Shown here piece after piece: positions 47,851 through 59,302 of a stretch of DNA of 64,000 nucleotides. Source of the DNA: an uncultured Chloroflexia bacterium (GTDB lineage Bacteria; Chloroflexota; Dehalococcoidia; UBA2979); contig CAVSIV010000002.1 of NCBI GenBank assembly GCA_963728205.1, positions 37,733 through 101,732 of the forward strand. Reading direction: 5' to 3'. The first letter of the stretch is position 1. Each line of letters opens with the position of its first letter. The notes beneath the pieces were generated by a model. That model made no database searches. It was not told the origin of the DNA and saw only the letters and a program-made list of their open reading frames with translations. The position numbers and the translations under genes are program-made.

Positions 47851-48903
47851 ATGACCCCTCCGTACCGGGCCGAATACATCTGGATCGACGGTACGCAGCC
47901 CACGGCCAAGCTGCGCTCGAAGACGAAGATCGTCGAGGCCGGCGACCAGCCGCCCGTCTGGGGCTTCGACGGCTCCAGCACGAACCAGGCTCCCGGCAGC
48001 AACTCCGACTGCGTGCTGAACCCGGTGTTCATCTGCCCGGACCCGATCCGCGGCGGTGACGACAAGCTCGTGCTCTGCGAGGTGCTGCTCACGGACATGA
48101 CGCCGCACCCGACGAATACCCGCGCGCCGCTGGCCAAGAGCGCGAAGAAGTTCGCGAAGCACGACACCTGGTTCGGCATCGAGCAGGAGTACACGTTCTT
48201 CGAGGGCGCGCGGCCGCTCGGCTTCCCCGAGAACGGCTTCCCGCCGCCGCAGGGTGGCTACTACTGCGGCGTGGGCGCGGACGAGATCTTCGGCCGCGAA
48301 GTCGTGGAGGCGCACACGAGCGCATGTCTCGCCGCCGGCCTCAAGATCGCCGGCACGAACGCCGAGGTGATGCCCGGCCAGTGGGAGTTCCAGATCGGCC
48401 CGGCCGGCGCGCTCGACGCGTCCGACCACCTGTGGGTTGCCCGCTGGCTGCTGTACCGCATCGCCGAGGACTTCGGCGTGTCGGCGACGCTGTACCCGAA
48501 GCCGGTGCGCGGCGACTGGAACGGCGCCGGCGCGCACACCAATTTCTCGACGAAGGAGATGCGCGAGTCGTACGACGCCTGCGTCGCCGCGGCGAAGGCG
48601 CTCGGCACGAAGCACGACCTGCACATCAAGAACTACGGCTACGCGATCGAGGAGCGCCTGACGGGTCTCCACGAGACCGCGCACTGGTCGCAGTTCCGCT
48701 ACGGCGTCTCCGACCGCGGCGCGTCCGTGCGCATCCCGTGGCAGGTGGCCCGCGACAAGAAGGGCTACATCGAGGACCGGCGCCCGAACGCAAACATGGA
48801 CCCGTACACGGTCACGCGGCTGATCGTCGACACGGTCTGCGGCGCGGCCGACGCCCCCGCGAAGGCAGCGGCCAAGAAGGCGCCCGCGAAGGCGCGCGCG
48901 TAA
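47851..48903 (+). CDS. glnII: glutamine synthetase type II (eukaryote-like GSII)
   Basis: Track ORF 47524..48903 trimmed to ATG 47851. MTPPYRAEYIWIDG...WGFDGSSTNQA...GIEQEYTFF...MPGQWEFQIGP...GAGAHTNFS... About 350 aa, ending in a Lys/Ala-rich tail. Confidence 0.92.
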   Translation: MTPPYRAEYIWIDGTQPTAKLRSKTKIVEAGDQPPVWGFDGSSTNQAPGSNSDCVLNPVFICPDPIRGGDDKLVLCEVLLTDMTPHPTNTRAPLAKSAKKFAKHDTWFGIEQEYTFFEGARPLGFPENGFPPPQGGYYCGVGADEIFGREVVEAHTSACLAAGLKIAGTNAEVMPGQWEFQIGPAGALDASDHLWVARWLLYRIAEDFGVSATLYPKPVRGDWNGAGAHTNFSTKEMRESYDACVAAAKALGTKHDLHIKNYGYAIEERLTGLHETAHWSQFRYGVSDRGASVRIPWQVARDKKGYIEDRRPNANMDPYTVTRLIVDTVCGAADAPAKAAAKKAPAKARA

Positions 48904-48927
48904 GCGCGACGGCAACGGCGAACGCGA

Positions 48928-48954
48928 GAAGGGGCCCCCGCCGGGGGCCCCTTC
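48928..48954. terminator. bidirectional terminator hairpin 1 (glnII / crotonase convergent pair)
   Basis: GAAGGGGCCCCC-gcc-GGGGGCCCCTTC, a 12-bp perfect stem followed by TTCAT. Confidence 0.6.
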
Positions 48955-48962
48955 TTCATATG

Positions 48963-48994
48963 GCTCGCTTCGAGCGGCGCCGCTCGAAGCGAGC
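48963..48994. terminator. bidirectional terminator hairpin 2
   Basis: GCTCGCTTCGAGCGGC/GCCGCTCGAAGCGAGC, a perfect 32-nt palindrome 4 nt from the crotonase stop. Confidence 0.5.
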
Positions 48995-48997
48995 TCC

Positions 48998-49900
48998 TTA
49001 TTCCGTGCCGGCCACCTTGCGCTCCTTCGGCGCGCTGTCGTAGCGGCCGCGGAAGTCGCGGAACGGCCCGTCGCGCCACTCGAGCGCGGCCTTCAGGCCC
49101 TCCTCGCGCACGTGGCGGCCCCACTCGCCGGCAGCCGGACGGTAGGCGCTCAGCGCCTGGATCTCCGTGCCGGACCACAGCCCGGTCCGGATGCCCATCA
49201 CCTCGTACTGCCGGTTCACCGAGCGCTTTGAGTACATCAGCATGTCGTTGTCGATGTGCGCCATCCGCCGCGCGAAGCGGTCCGTGAAGTCCGCGAGCTG
49301 CTCCGCGGGGACGGCGTAGTTCGCCCAGCCCAGCCGCTCCATCTCCGCGCCGGAGATCGGGTCGCCGACGAACGCGAACTCGCGTGCCTTCGCGGCCGGC
49401 AGGTACCAGGGCGCCCACATCATGTCCATCGTCGTCATCGCGCGCACCGGCGGGTAGCCGATCTGCGCGTCCTCCGCGACGACGCGGAAGTCGCAGATCG
49501 TCGCAAGCTCGGTGCCACCGGCCAGGCAGTAGCCCTGGATCGACGCGATCACCGGCTTCGCCAGCTCCCAGATCGCCCAGTTCGTCATCACGACGTGGCG
49601 CGACCACTGCTGCTGGCCGGGGTGCGTCGTGTTCGTGTCGGGCATCAGCGAGTGCCTGTTCACGTACGCCGAGTCGGCGCCGGCCGCGCGCGCGGGGGAG
49701 AGGTCGTAGCCCGCGCTGAAGGCGCGGCCGGCGGCGCGCAGGACGATCACGCCGACGTCCGGGTTCGCCTCTGCTTCCTTCATCGCGTCGATCATCTCGC
49801 CGCGGAGGTTGTTCGAGAGCGCGTTCAGCTTCTCCGGGCGGTTGAGGGTGACGAAGGCGACGCGGCCGTCGACCTCGTACAGGACGTCGCTGTAGGACAT
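48998..49900 (-). CDS. enoyl-CoA hydratase/isomerase (crotonase) family protein
   Basis: Track ORF 48998..49972 trimmed to ATG 49900 (GGAGG upstream). ...VAFVTLNRPEKLNAL...GRAFSAGYDL...IQGYCLAGGTELATICD... Confidence 0.88.
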   Translation of the reverse strand: MSYSDVLYEVDGRVAFVTLNRPEKLNALSNNLRGEMIDAMKEAEANPDVGVIVLRAAGRAFSAGYDLSPARAAGADSAYVNRHSLMPDTNTTHPGQQQWSRHVVMTNWAIWELAKPVIASIQGYCLAGGTELATICDFRVVAEDAQIGYPPVRAMTTMDMMWAPWYLPAAKAREFAFVGDPISGAEMERLGWANYAVPAEQLADFTDRFARRMAHIDNDMLMYSKRSVNRQYEVMGIRTGLWSGTEIQALSAYRPAAGEWGRHVREEGLKAALEWRDGPFRDFRGRYDSAPKERKVAGTE

Positions 49901-49996
49901 GGCGCCTCCACGGGCTGCGCGTAACGCGGGTCGGGACGGCGCGATGGTGTGCGCCGCGCGCGAGCGCGTCAAGCCGGCGCGGGGCGGCGCGCCCCG

Positions 49997-51220
49997 TCAG
50001 CCGATAGCGAGGGGAATGGTCATCTCAGCGGGCGAGAGACCGGAGTGCTGCGAGCGCTGGCGGAGGAACCGCTCGCCGCCGGGGACGCCGGAGAAGCGCA
50101 TCACCTCGCCGCCGAGGGCGAGCGCCGTGTAGTCGCCCACGCGCGCCCGCGTCTCGGCGCTGAGCGGCCCCGGGCCCATCAGGCGCAGCGCGTCGAGCTC
50201 GTCGGTCGCGAGCAGCAGCCACGTTTCGCCGAAGCGCTCGCGAAAGGCAGCCACGAACGCATCGTGGTCCGCCGGCGCGGAGCCCGGGTGCAGGTGGAAG
50301 TAGACGGCGCGCACGTCACCGGTCGGGTGGCAGCGGAGGAAGTCGAGCAGGACGTCCCCCTGCTCAATCATGCGGTGGCCGCCGTCGACGACGTCGCGAT
50401 GACCGTGGTCGGCGGTGACGATGAGGCGCGTCGGCGCCGGGAAGTCGGCCAGCCGCTCGGCCAGCGCGGCAAGCTGCTGGTCGAGCTCGCGGACCGCGGT
50501 GATGGTCTGCTCGTCGCCGGTGCCGAGGTCGTGCGCGAGCGTGTCGATGCGCGGCGTGTACCAGTAGGTGTAGGACGGGCCCTCGGCGGCCTCGATGCGC
50601 TCGGCGACGCGCTCCGTCGCCTCGCGCAGCGAGTCGTAGCCCGTGCGCGGGCAGCCGCCGCCGAGGTAGCGCGAGTACACGGAGTCGGTGATCGCGCGCG
50701 GCAGCACCATCTCCGGCGCGAAGCGCATGCGCGGCATCAGCGTCGGAACCGGGAAGACCTCTGCCGGCGGGATGCCCAGTTCGTCGAGCGGCTGTTCGTC
50801 GGCGAGGCGCTGGAACGGCAGCGGGGCGGCGACGACGTCGCGCCCGGGCAGATAGGTCCACCACCCGGTCGCCGCGTGCTCGGTCACCCAGCGCCCGGTG
50901 GCGACGCTCGTCAGTGAGACGGCGGTGGTGGGCGGGAACGGCGCAAGCAGGCGGCGCTCGAGGTGCGTGCGCAGCCACGACTCGGCCGGGAGCGCGTCGA
51001 CGAAGTGCGTGCCCAGGCCGTCGGCGAGCACGAGGACGATGTGCTCGGCGCCGGCCAGCCGGGCGCCGATCGCGCGCGCGTGCTCGCTCGGCTCGAGGCC
51101 CGCCACGCCGGCCGCTCCCGCGATGGCGGTGGCGAGATCGAGGAGGTTCGCGCGCTCGGCCGACGGCCGGACGAGGCGGCCGTCCGAGAACGCCGCAAGC
51201 AGCCGGTCGACGTCGCTCAT
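49997..51220 (-). CDS. alkaline-phosphatase-superfamily protein (type I phosphodiesterase/nucleotide pyrophosphatase-like)
   Basis: Track ORF, 407 aa. ...IVLVLADGLG..., ...TTAVSLTSVATG..., ...LIVTADHGH... metal/nucleophile motifs. Confidence 0.75.
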   Translation of the reverse strand: MSDVDRLLAAFSDGRLVRPSAERANLLDLATAIAGAAGVAGLEPSEHARAIGARLAGAEHIVLVLADGLGTHFVDALPAESWLRTHLERRLLAPFPPTTAVSLTSVATGRWVTEHAATGWWTYLPGRDVVAAPLPFQRLADEQPLDELGIPPAEVFPVPTLMPRMRFAPEMVLPRAITDSVYSRYLGGGCPRTGYDSLREATERVAERIEAAEGPSYTYWYTPRIDTLAHDLGTGDEQTITAVRELDQQLAALAERLADFPAPTRLIVTADHGHRDVVDGGHRMIEQGDVLLDFLRCHPTGDVRAVYFHLHPGSAPADHDAFVAAFRERFGETWLLLATDELDALRLMGPGPLSAETRARVGDYTALALGGEVMRFSGVPGGERFLRQRSQHSGLSPAEMTIPLAIG

Positions 51221-51296
51221 CGGCGCGAATCCCCGTTTCCCGTAGGGCGCTGCCTTGCAGGGTACCCGGACGGGACATCTGCCGGGTCACCGCAGG

Positions 51297-52619
51297 CTAC
51301 GGATAGCGGTATTCGCGGATGCCGCGCATCGCACGCCAGATCACGAGCGTGGCGGCCACGCCGATCACGCCGCCGAGCAGGAGCGTGTTCTTCGCGCCGA
51401 TCGCGGCCGACATCACGCCGACCTCGATCGTGCCGGCGTTGTTCGCGCTCTGCGCGACCAGCGACTGGAAGCTGAGCGCGCGGCCGAGCATGCGGTCGGG
51501 GGTCGTGAGCTGCACCGTGACCTGGCGCATCGTCATGCCGACGGCGTCGGCCGCCCCCAGCCCGGCGATCACGACGACGCCCATCCAGGTGGCCGTGCTG
51601 AACCCGAACGCGAAGAGCAGGAACGCGTAGGCGAGCGTCGCGTAGAGCACGATCATCCCCTTGGGCCGCACGCGCGCGAGGAACAGCACGACGAAGCTCC
51701 CGCCCACCGCGCCGAGCGAGTTCGCCGCGGTAAGCACGCCGACCGCGGCGGCCCCGCCGTGGTAGAGGCGGTCGACGAGCAGCGGCAGGATCTGCCGGTA
51801 GAAGCTCACGACGGTGATGCCGATGTCGAGCACGAACAGGCCCGGCAGGATCGGGTGCTTGCGGACGAACTGGAAGCCGTCCCAGATCTGGCGCGCGGTG
51901 GACTCCTGCGGGCGGCCGGTCGAGCCTTCGGGGATGCCCGTCACGCGGATCGCGAGCGGCAGCAGGATGCTCGGCAGCGAGACGAACGTGGTGACGACGA
52001 ACGCGGCGGTCAGACCGAGCCACGAGACGACGCCGGCGAACAGCAGCGGGGCGATGATCGCGCCGGCCTGCTGGGTGACGGTGTTGGTGGTGACCGCGTG
52101 CATGAGGTGCGTGCGCGGGACGACCGTGCGGGTGAGCGCCGAGCGCGCCGGCGAGCCGAACACGCCGCTCACGCTGGTCACCGCGATCACGAGGTAGACG
52201 TGCCACGGCGCGAGCCGGCCGGCGACGGCGAGCACTGCGGCCGCCGCAATCAGAGCGGCCGAGACCGCCTCGGTGCCGGCCATCAGCCGCTTGCGGTCCG
52301 CGTGATCGGCGAGCGTGCCGCCGAACAGCAGCGCCGGCACCTGCACCACGAGCTGCACGGCGCCGATCAGGCCGAGCTGCACCGCCGAGCCCGTCGCCTC
52401 GAAGATGAACACGGCCGTGACCAGCAACCGCAGCTGCACGCCGACGATCGACGCGAGCGAGCCGAGCCAGAGCAGCCGGTAGTCGACGAACTCGAACGCG
52501 GACCAGGGGCGTAGCGCCGGCGGGTTTGTCTCGCCGGCGAGCACCGGCGCCGGTTCGAGTTCGGGTTCGGGTGCCTGCGGGACCGGCGGCGCGCGCGAGG
52601 GATCGGGGGCGTCGTCCAC
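51297..52619 (-). CDS. MFS transporter (EntS/MFS_3-like)
   Basis: C-terminal 440 codons of shadow ORF 51297..54947. GTG 52619 lies 8 nt after the upstream stop. ...FVDYRLLWLGSLASIVG...GTLADHADRKRLM... plus 12 hydrophobic segments. Confidence 0.8.
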   Translation of the reverse strand: MDDAPDPSRAPPVPQAPEPELEPAPVLAGETNPPALRPWSAFEFVDYRLLWLGSLASIVGVQLRLLVTAVFIFEATGSAVQLGLIGAVQLVVQVPALLFGGTLADHADRKRLMAGTEAVSAALIAAAAVLAVAGRLAPWHVYLVIAVTSVSGVFGSPARSALTRTVVPRTHLMHAVTTNTVTQQAGAIIAPLLFAGVVSWLGLTAAFVVTTFVSLPSILLPLAIRVTGIPEGSTGRPQESTARQIWDGFQFVRKHPILPGLFVLDIGITVVSFYRQILPLLVDRLYHGGAAAVGVLTAANSLGAVGGSFVVLFLARVRPKGMIVLYATLAYAFLLFAFGFSTATWMGVVVIAGLGAADAVGMTMRQVTVQLTTPDRMLGRALSFQSLVAQSANNAGTIEVGVMSAAIGAKNTLLLGGVIGVAATLVIWRAMRGIREYRYP

Positions 52620-52627
52620 GGGCGGTG

Positions 52628-54718
<2,091 letters not shown>

Positions 54719-54897
54719 GCGGGCCACGGTACCGCAGGGGAGTGCGCGGGGGCACGGGTGAGGGCGAGCGCGGGCACACGCACCGGGCTCGAGCGGGGCC
54801 GGCAAGGGTCCGGTCCGAACGGCTGCCGGCTGACGAGCGGGGACGACCATCGGATCGAGCACCGGAGGTACGCCCCGCGCTCCCGTGGTCGATGGCG

Positions 54898-55698
54898 CTA
54901 TCGGGCGTTGGCGAGGCGGGCCTGCACCGAGCGGCCGTAGCGGCCACGCGCGTCGAACTGCGAGAGCTCGACGACGCCGATGCCGCCGTCCTCGAGGCTC
55001 GAGTCGACCTGCAGGCAAATCCACTCGCCGACGGGCGGGTGGAGCAGGTAGAGCGTGATGTCGGTGTTGATCATCGAGCGCCCGCCGCCGTTCACGTTCA
55101 CGTTCGCGAGCGCGTTGCCGAAGTCCGACACGGCGGCGGCGCGCTGGAGCGGGGTGAGGGGCTCGCCCTCGACGAGCGGCAGCGGCACGCGGAACCACAC
55201 GGTCGGCGGCGCCTCGTCCCCGCGCCCGCTGACCCAGCGGGTCTCGACCAGCGTGTGGAAGCCCGTCCGCATGTTCGGCGGCGGTGCGCCGCCGAGGCGA
55301 CCGCCCATCAGCGAGGTCGTCTCGATGCCGTCCGGGCCGCGCGGCCGCGGTGGGACCGCCGGGTGCGCACCCGGCGGCTCCAGCCGTCGCAGGATCAGCG
55401 CGTGCGCGCGGGCCACCTCGACGCCGTCGGCGAGCAGCGAGGCGCGCATCGCGACGATGCGCCGCCCGGCGCGGATCGGCTCCGCGTGGAGCTCGAGCGG
55501 CGCGAGCGGGACGGCACGAAAGAGGTCGATGGTGAGTCGGACGACCTGCAGCTCAGGCGCGGAGACGGCCTGCTCGATGGCGCGCGCGAGCAGGCCACTC
55601 GGGGGACCGCCGTGCAGGACCTCGGATCCCCATGGGCTGGCGGCGTGGCGGGTCGGGATGAACCGGTCGCCGTCGCGTCGGAACACCGCGTCCGCCAA
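54898..55698 (-). CDS. acyl-CoA thioesterase-like (hot-dog, TesB-like double domain) protein
   Basis: Track ORF, 266 aa. ...[21 protein letters not shown]... and ...[22 protein letters not shown]... resemble thioesterase-like superfamily proteins. Family-level call only. Confidence 0.6.
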   Translation of the reverse strand: MADAVFRRDGDRFIPTRHAASPWGSEVLHGGPPSGLLARAIEQAVSAPELQVVRLTIDLFRAVPLAPLELHAEPIRAGRRIVAMRASLLADGVEVARAHALILRRLEPPGAHPAVPPRPRGPDGIETTSLMGGRLGGAPPPNMRTGFHTLVETRWVSGRGDEAPPTVWFRVPLPLVEGEPLTPLQRAAAVSDFGNALANVNVNGGGRSMINTDITLYLLHPPVGEWICLQVDSSLEDGGIGVVELSQFDARGRYGRSVQARLANAR

Positions 55699-55771
55699 GC
55701 GGGCTCCTGTCGGGAAGGGCCGCGCGGCCTCGCGCCACGCGGGGCCGGAGGGCGCGCGCCGGGTGGGCCGT

Positions 55772-55993
55772 CTACTCGGCGGCGGGGTCCGCTGCCTGCG
55801 GGTGCGGGTTCACGGGCGCCCAGCGCTTCGGCTCGTCCGGCTGCTCGTCCGTGTCTTCCGCGGCCGGCTCCGAGCGGCCGATGCCGAGGATGTCCTCCTT
55901 GAAGATCCGTGCCTTGTCGCGCACCGTCCGCGAGAACGGCGCGGCGGCGATGAGGGCCGGACCCCAGATGTAGACCGGGCAGCCACCGGGCAT
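55772..55993 (-). CDS. small hypothetical protein (73 aa)
   Basis: Track ORF 55772..56050 trimmed to ATG 55993 (GGAGGAG 6 nt upstream). MPGGCPVYIWGPALIAAAPFSRTVRDKARIFKEDILGIGR..., then an acidic/Pro-rich tail. Confidence 0.45.
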   Translation of the reverse strand: MPGGCPVYIWGPALIAAAPFSRTVRDKARIFKEDILGIGRSEPAAEDTDEQPDEPKRWAPVNPHPQAADPAAE

Positions 55994-56084
55994 GAGCGTC
56001 TCCTCCACCGTGGTTCGCGAGCGCCTCGTCATGCTAGCAGGGGGCGTCACCTCCGGGAAATGCGCGGTGCACGCGGGGCCGCGG

Positions 56085-57068
56085 CTAGCCGTGGCGCGAT
56101 GGGTCCATCACCGCCGCCGCCAGGATCTCGTCGGGCGACACGCTGCCGGGCGCGCCGCCCTCGCGCGCCACGGTCTCCGCGACCCGCGAGATGGTGCGGT
56201 TGATGGGCGTCACCACGCCATGGAGCATCCCGAGCAGCGCGATCTCGCCGTTCAGGTAGTCGGCCTCCACGCTGCCGGTCGCGCGCGCGAGGCTCTGCCA
56301 CGTGGAGCTGCCACCGCGCGGCGCGCCCTCCACCTCGCCGACCGGGACCTCGCGCGCAAGTGCGCGCATCTCCTCGTGCGACGCGCAGGCGATACCGGCC
56401 GCCTCGAAGCACGCGAGCGCCTCCCCGCGCACGCGACGCATCAGCTCACTCGTCGCCTCTCCGGGCGGGCACAGCGCGTTGACCGCGTTGCCGAGGTTCT
56501 GCAGCAGCTTCCCGTACTTCAGCCGCATCACCGCCGGGTCGGGCCGGCTGACGAAGCCCGCCGCCTGCAGGTCGGCGCACACGTGCTCGGCGATGGCGTC
56601 GATCCCCGAGGGGAAACGGCCGAGGTCGAGCAGCCCGGGCACGCGCGAGCCGTGCAGGACGACCACGCCCGGCTCGAGGAACGTCGCCGGCATGTAGACG
56701 ACCATCGCGTAGACCCGCCAGAAGAGGCGCGCGGTCATGCGCTCGTTGTCGACGCCGTTCTGCGCGCACACGACCGGCACGCCGTTGCCCGCCGCCGCTC
56801 GCAGCGCCGCCAGCGCTGCCGCCGTGTCCTGCGACTTCATCGCGAGCAGCACGACGTCGTCATGTGCGAACGCGATCTCGGAGGGGTGGCCCACCGCCGG
56901 GACGGGGAGCGTGGTGTCGCCGTCGGGCGCGCGCAGGGTGAGGCCATCGGAGCGCAGCCGCTTGAGGTGCGCCCCGCGGGCGATCAGCACGACGTCGCGG
57001 CCGGCGGCGAACAGCCGCCCGCCGATGCCGCCGCCGATCGCACCCGCGCCATAGACGATGTAGCGCAC
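56085..57068 (-). CDS. 2-dehydropantoate 2-reductase family (ApbA/PanE-like) oxidoreductase
   Basis: C-terminal 327 codons of shadow ORF 56085..58154 from GTG 57068 (GGAAGGGGGG upstream). VRYIVYGAGAIGGGIGGRL...LLAMKSQDT...NGVDNE... Confidence 0.8.
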   Translation of the reverse strand: MRYIVYGAGAIGGGIGGRLFAAGRDVVLIARGAHLKRLRSDGLTLRAPDGDTTLPVPAVGHPSEIAFAHDDVVLLAMKSQDTAAALAALRAAAGNGVPVVCAQNGVDNERMTARLFWRVYAMVVYMPATFLEPGVVVLHGSRVPGLLDLGRFPSGIDAIAEHVCADLQAAGFVSRPDPAVMRLKYGKLLQNLGNAVNALCPPGEATSELMRRVRGEALACFEAAGIACASHEEMRALAREVPVGEVEGAPRGGSSTWQSLARATGSVEADYLNGEIALLGMLHGVVTPINRTISRVAETVAREGGAPGSVSPDEILAAAVMDPSRHG

Positions 57069-57206
57069 GCCGGCCCCCCTTCCGGCGGATCCTACGGCAG
57101 GCGTGGTACCGGGCCACCGGTGAGTGTGCGATGCTCGATGCCCGCCGCCACTCGGTGAGCGCAGCGCATGACGCCGGCCCGCGCCGGCGCCGATGGGTGG
57201 AGTCGC

Positions 57207-58136
57207 ATGTCCGCGATCGTGCAGGGCCGCCGGCTCGTGCGTGCCTTCGGCGACCTCAGGGCCGTCGACGGAATCGACTTCGACATCGAAGAAGGCGCCG
57301 TCTTCGGCATGCTCGGCCCGAACGGCGCAGGCAAGACGACGACGATTCGCATGATCTCGTGCGTGATGCCGATCACGAGCGGCGTGCTGTCGGTCGACGG
57401 TCTCGACGTGCGCTACCACGACCGCGAGATCAAGCGCCGGCTGGGCGTGGTTCCGCAGGACGACAACCTCGACGAGGACCTCACCGTGCGCAAGAACCTC
57501 GAGGTCTACGCGCGCTATTACGACGTCCCGCGACGGCTCGCGGAGCAGCGCATCGCGGAGGGCCTCGAGTTGATGCAGCTCGCCGACCGCGCCCACGCGC
57601 AGATCGACGACCTGTCGGGCGGCATGAAGCGCCGGCTCGTGATCGCGCGGGCGCTCTTGAACGAGCCGCGCGTGCTGATCCTCGACGAACCGACGACGGG
57701 CCTCGACCCGCAGGCGCGGCACCTGGTGTGGCGCAAGGTGCGGCTGCTCCGCGAGCGCGGCGTCACGATCCTGCTGACGACGCACTACATGGACGAGGCC
57801 GAGCACCTCTGCGACCGGCTCATGATCATGGACCACGGCCGCTGCCTCGCCGAGGGCTCGCCGCGGCAGCTGATCGACCAGTACGCGGGCAAGGACGTGC
57901 TCGAGGTCCACCCGACGCCGGCGCAGCGCGACGCCGTCGTCGCCTACCTGGAGCCGGCCGTCGCGGGTCGCGGCCGCATCGAGGAGATCGAGGACGTGAT
58001 CTACGCGTTCGGCGCGACCGACGAGCACGCGCACCACCTCGAGCAGATGGTGGGCGATCCGTACCGCGTGCACTTCCGGCGGTCGAACCTCGAGGACGTC
58101 TTCCTCACGCTGACGGGACGGGCGCTGGTCGAATGA
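57207..58136 (+). CDS. ABC transporter ATP-binding protein (DrrA/NodI-like, ABC-2 exporter)
   Basis: Track ORF 57168..58136. Walker A GPNGAGKTT, signature LSGGMKRRL, Walker B LILDEPTTGLD. The start is ATG 57207 or 57168. Confidence 0.92.
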   Translation: MSAIVQGRRLVRAFGDLRAVDGIDFDIEEGAVFGMLGPNGAGKTTTIRMISCVMPITSGVLSVDGLDVRYHDREIKRRLGVVPQDDNLDEDLTVRKNLEVYARYYDVPRRLAEQRIAEGLELMQLADRAHAQIDDLSGGMKRRLVIARALLNEPRVLILDEPTTGLDPQARHLVWRKVRLLRERGVTILLTTHYMDEAEHLCDRLMIMDHGRCLAEGSPRQLIDQYAGKDVLEVHPTPAQRDAVVAYLEPAVAGRGRIEEIEDVIYAFGATDEHAHHLEQMVGDPYRVHFRRSNLEDVFLTLTGRALVE

Positions 58137-59002
58137 CGGAACGCACGATGACACCGGAGATCGGCGAGGCGGCGCACACGGGGGCGCTTGCCCCGGCGGA
58201 GTGGGGCGTGATCCCGCTGCTCGGCGTCGCGCTGCCGGGGCGCCATTCGCTGCGCGTCTGGCAGCGCAACCGCGACGTCTTCTTCCAGCTGTGGAAGGCC
58301 GAGCTGGTCCCGCCGGTGATGGAACCGATCATCATGTTCCTGGCTCTCGGGCTGGGGCTGGGCACCTACGTGCAGCTCGGCGGTAATACCGACTACATCC
58401 AGTTCCTCGGCCCGGGCGTGATGGCGATGTTCGCAATGTTCGCCGCGGTGTTCGAGGCGCTCTGGGGGGCGTACTTCCGGCTCGACCGGCACGGGACGTA
58501 CCAGGCGATCCTTGCGACGCCGACCCGCCCCGAGGAGATCACGGCGGGCGAGGTGCTGTGGGCGGCGTCGCGAGGGACGATCAACGCGGCGCTGATCCTC
58601 CTGGTGATGCTGGCGTTGACACCGGTCTATCACCTGGTGTCGTCGCCGCTCGTCATCTTCACGATCCCGCTCGCCTTCGGCGCGGGGATCATCTTCGCCA
58701 GCGCCGGCCAGGCGTACGTCAGCCAGGCGCACTCGGTCAGCCAGCTGACGTACTTCTTCAGCCTGTTCATCCTGCCGATGTTCTGGTTCAGCGGTGGCTT
58801 CTTTCCGCTGGACGGCCTGCCCCGCTGGGCGGTGGTGGCGGCCTGGTTCACGCCGCTCTACCACGCAGTCGAGCTGAATCGGCAGCTGATCACCGGCAAC
58901 GTGGGATGGAGCGCGCTCGGACACCTGGCCTGGCTCGTCGTCGTCGCGTTCCCGCTGTTCTGGCTCGCTCTGCGCCTGATGCGCCGCCGGGTCATCGTCT
59001 AG
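58133..59002 (+). CDS. ABC-2 type transporter permease
   Basis: Last 289 codons of shadow ORF 57131..59002. The ATG overlaps the ATPase stop (ATGA). Six hydrophobic segments. ...FLGPGVMAMFAMFAAVFE... Confidence 0.88.
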   Translation: MTERTMTPEIGEAAHTGALAPAEWGVIPLLGVALPGRHSLRVWQRNRDVFFQLWKAELVPPVMEPIIMFLALGLGLGTYVQLGGNTDYIQFLGPGVMAMFAMFAAVFEALWGAYFRLDRHGTYQAILATPTRPEEITAGEVLWAASRGTINAALILLVMLALTPVYHLVSSPLVIFTIPLAFGAGIIFASAGQAYVSQAHSVSQLTYFFSLFILPMFWFSGGFFPLDGLPRWAVVAAWFTPLYHAVELNRQLITGNVGWSALGHLAWLVVVAFPLFWLALRLMRRRVIV

Positions 59003-59170
59003 CTCTTCCGCGCTCGCGGATCCGCCGGTGCCCGCCGTCCGTGCTGCGCCACCGGCGCCGAATGCAACGAAGCCGTTACGCGGCGGCGCCTCCGGCGATC
59101 ACGGCTGCAACGGTCCCGTCCGTATTCTCCGTCCGCATGGAGGCAGACCACCCGACCCGGCCTCCAACCC

Positions 59171-59205
59171 CTGGAGCCCGCCGGTCCGCCACCGGCGGGC
59201 TCCAG
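59171..59205 (+). terminator. hairpin downstream of the ABC operon
   Basis: CTGGAGCCCGCCGG-tccgcca-CCGGCGGGCTCCAG (14-bp stem), followed by the pyrimidine-rich TCCGTTCTCCTTGCTTCTCCCTT. Confidence 0.5.
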
Positions 59206-59302
59206 TCCGTTCTCCTTGCTTCTCCCTTCGCTTCTCCCTGTGCCGCCGCGCCCGCCCGATACACTCGGAGCCACTCCTGACCGTGCGAGGCGGGGAGGGC
59301 GC

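Noticed and set aside
49997-51220. The alkaline-phosphatase-superfamily protein as a PglZ-like defence (BREX/DISARM) component.
   Set aside because: It is only 407 aa, and no brx/pgl genes, methyltransferase, helicase or ATPase lie nearby. The flanking genes are metabolic or transport genes. Its motifs fit a generic nucleotide pyrophosphatase/phosphodiesterase.
59003-59302. A riboswitch (for example guanidine or ykkC-type) in the 300-nt leader of the amidinotransferase-fold gene.
   Set aside because: I could not find the conserved ykkC, mini-ykkC (ACGR tetraloops) or ykkC-III sequence blocks. The one strong hairpin (59171-59205) is better explained as the terminator of the upstream ABC operon. 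An Infernal scan is needed to be certain.
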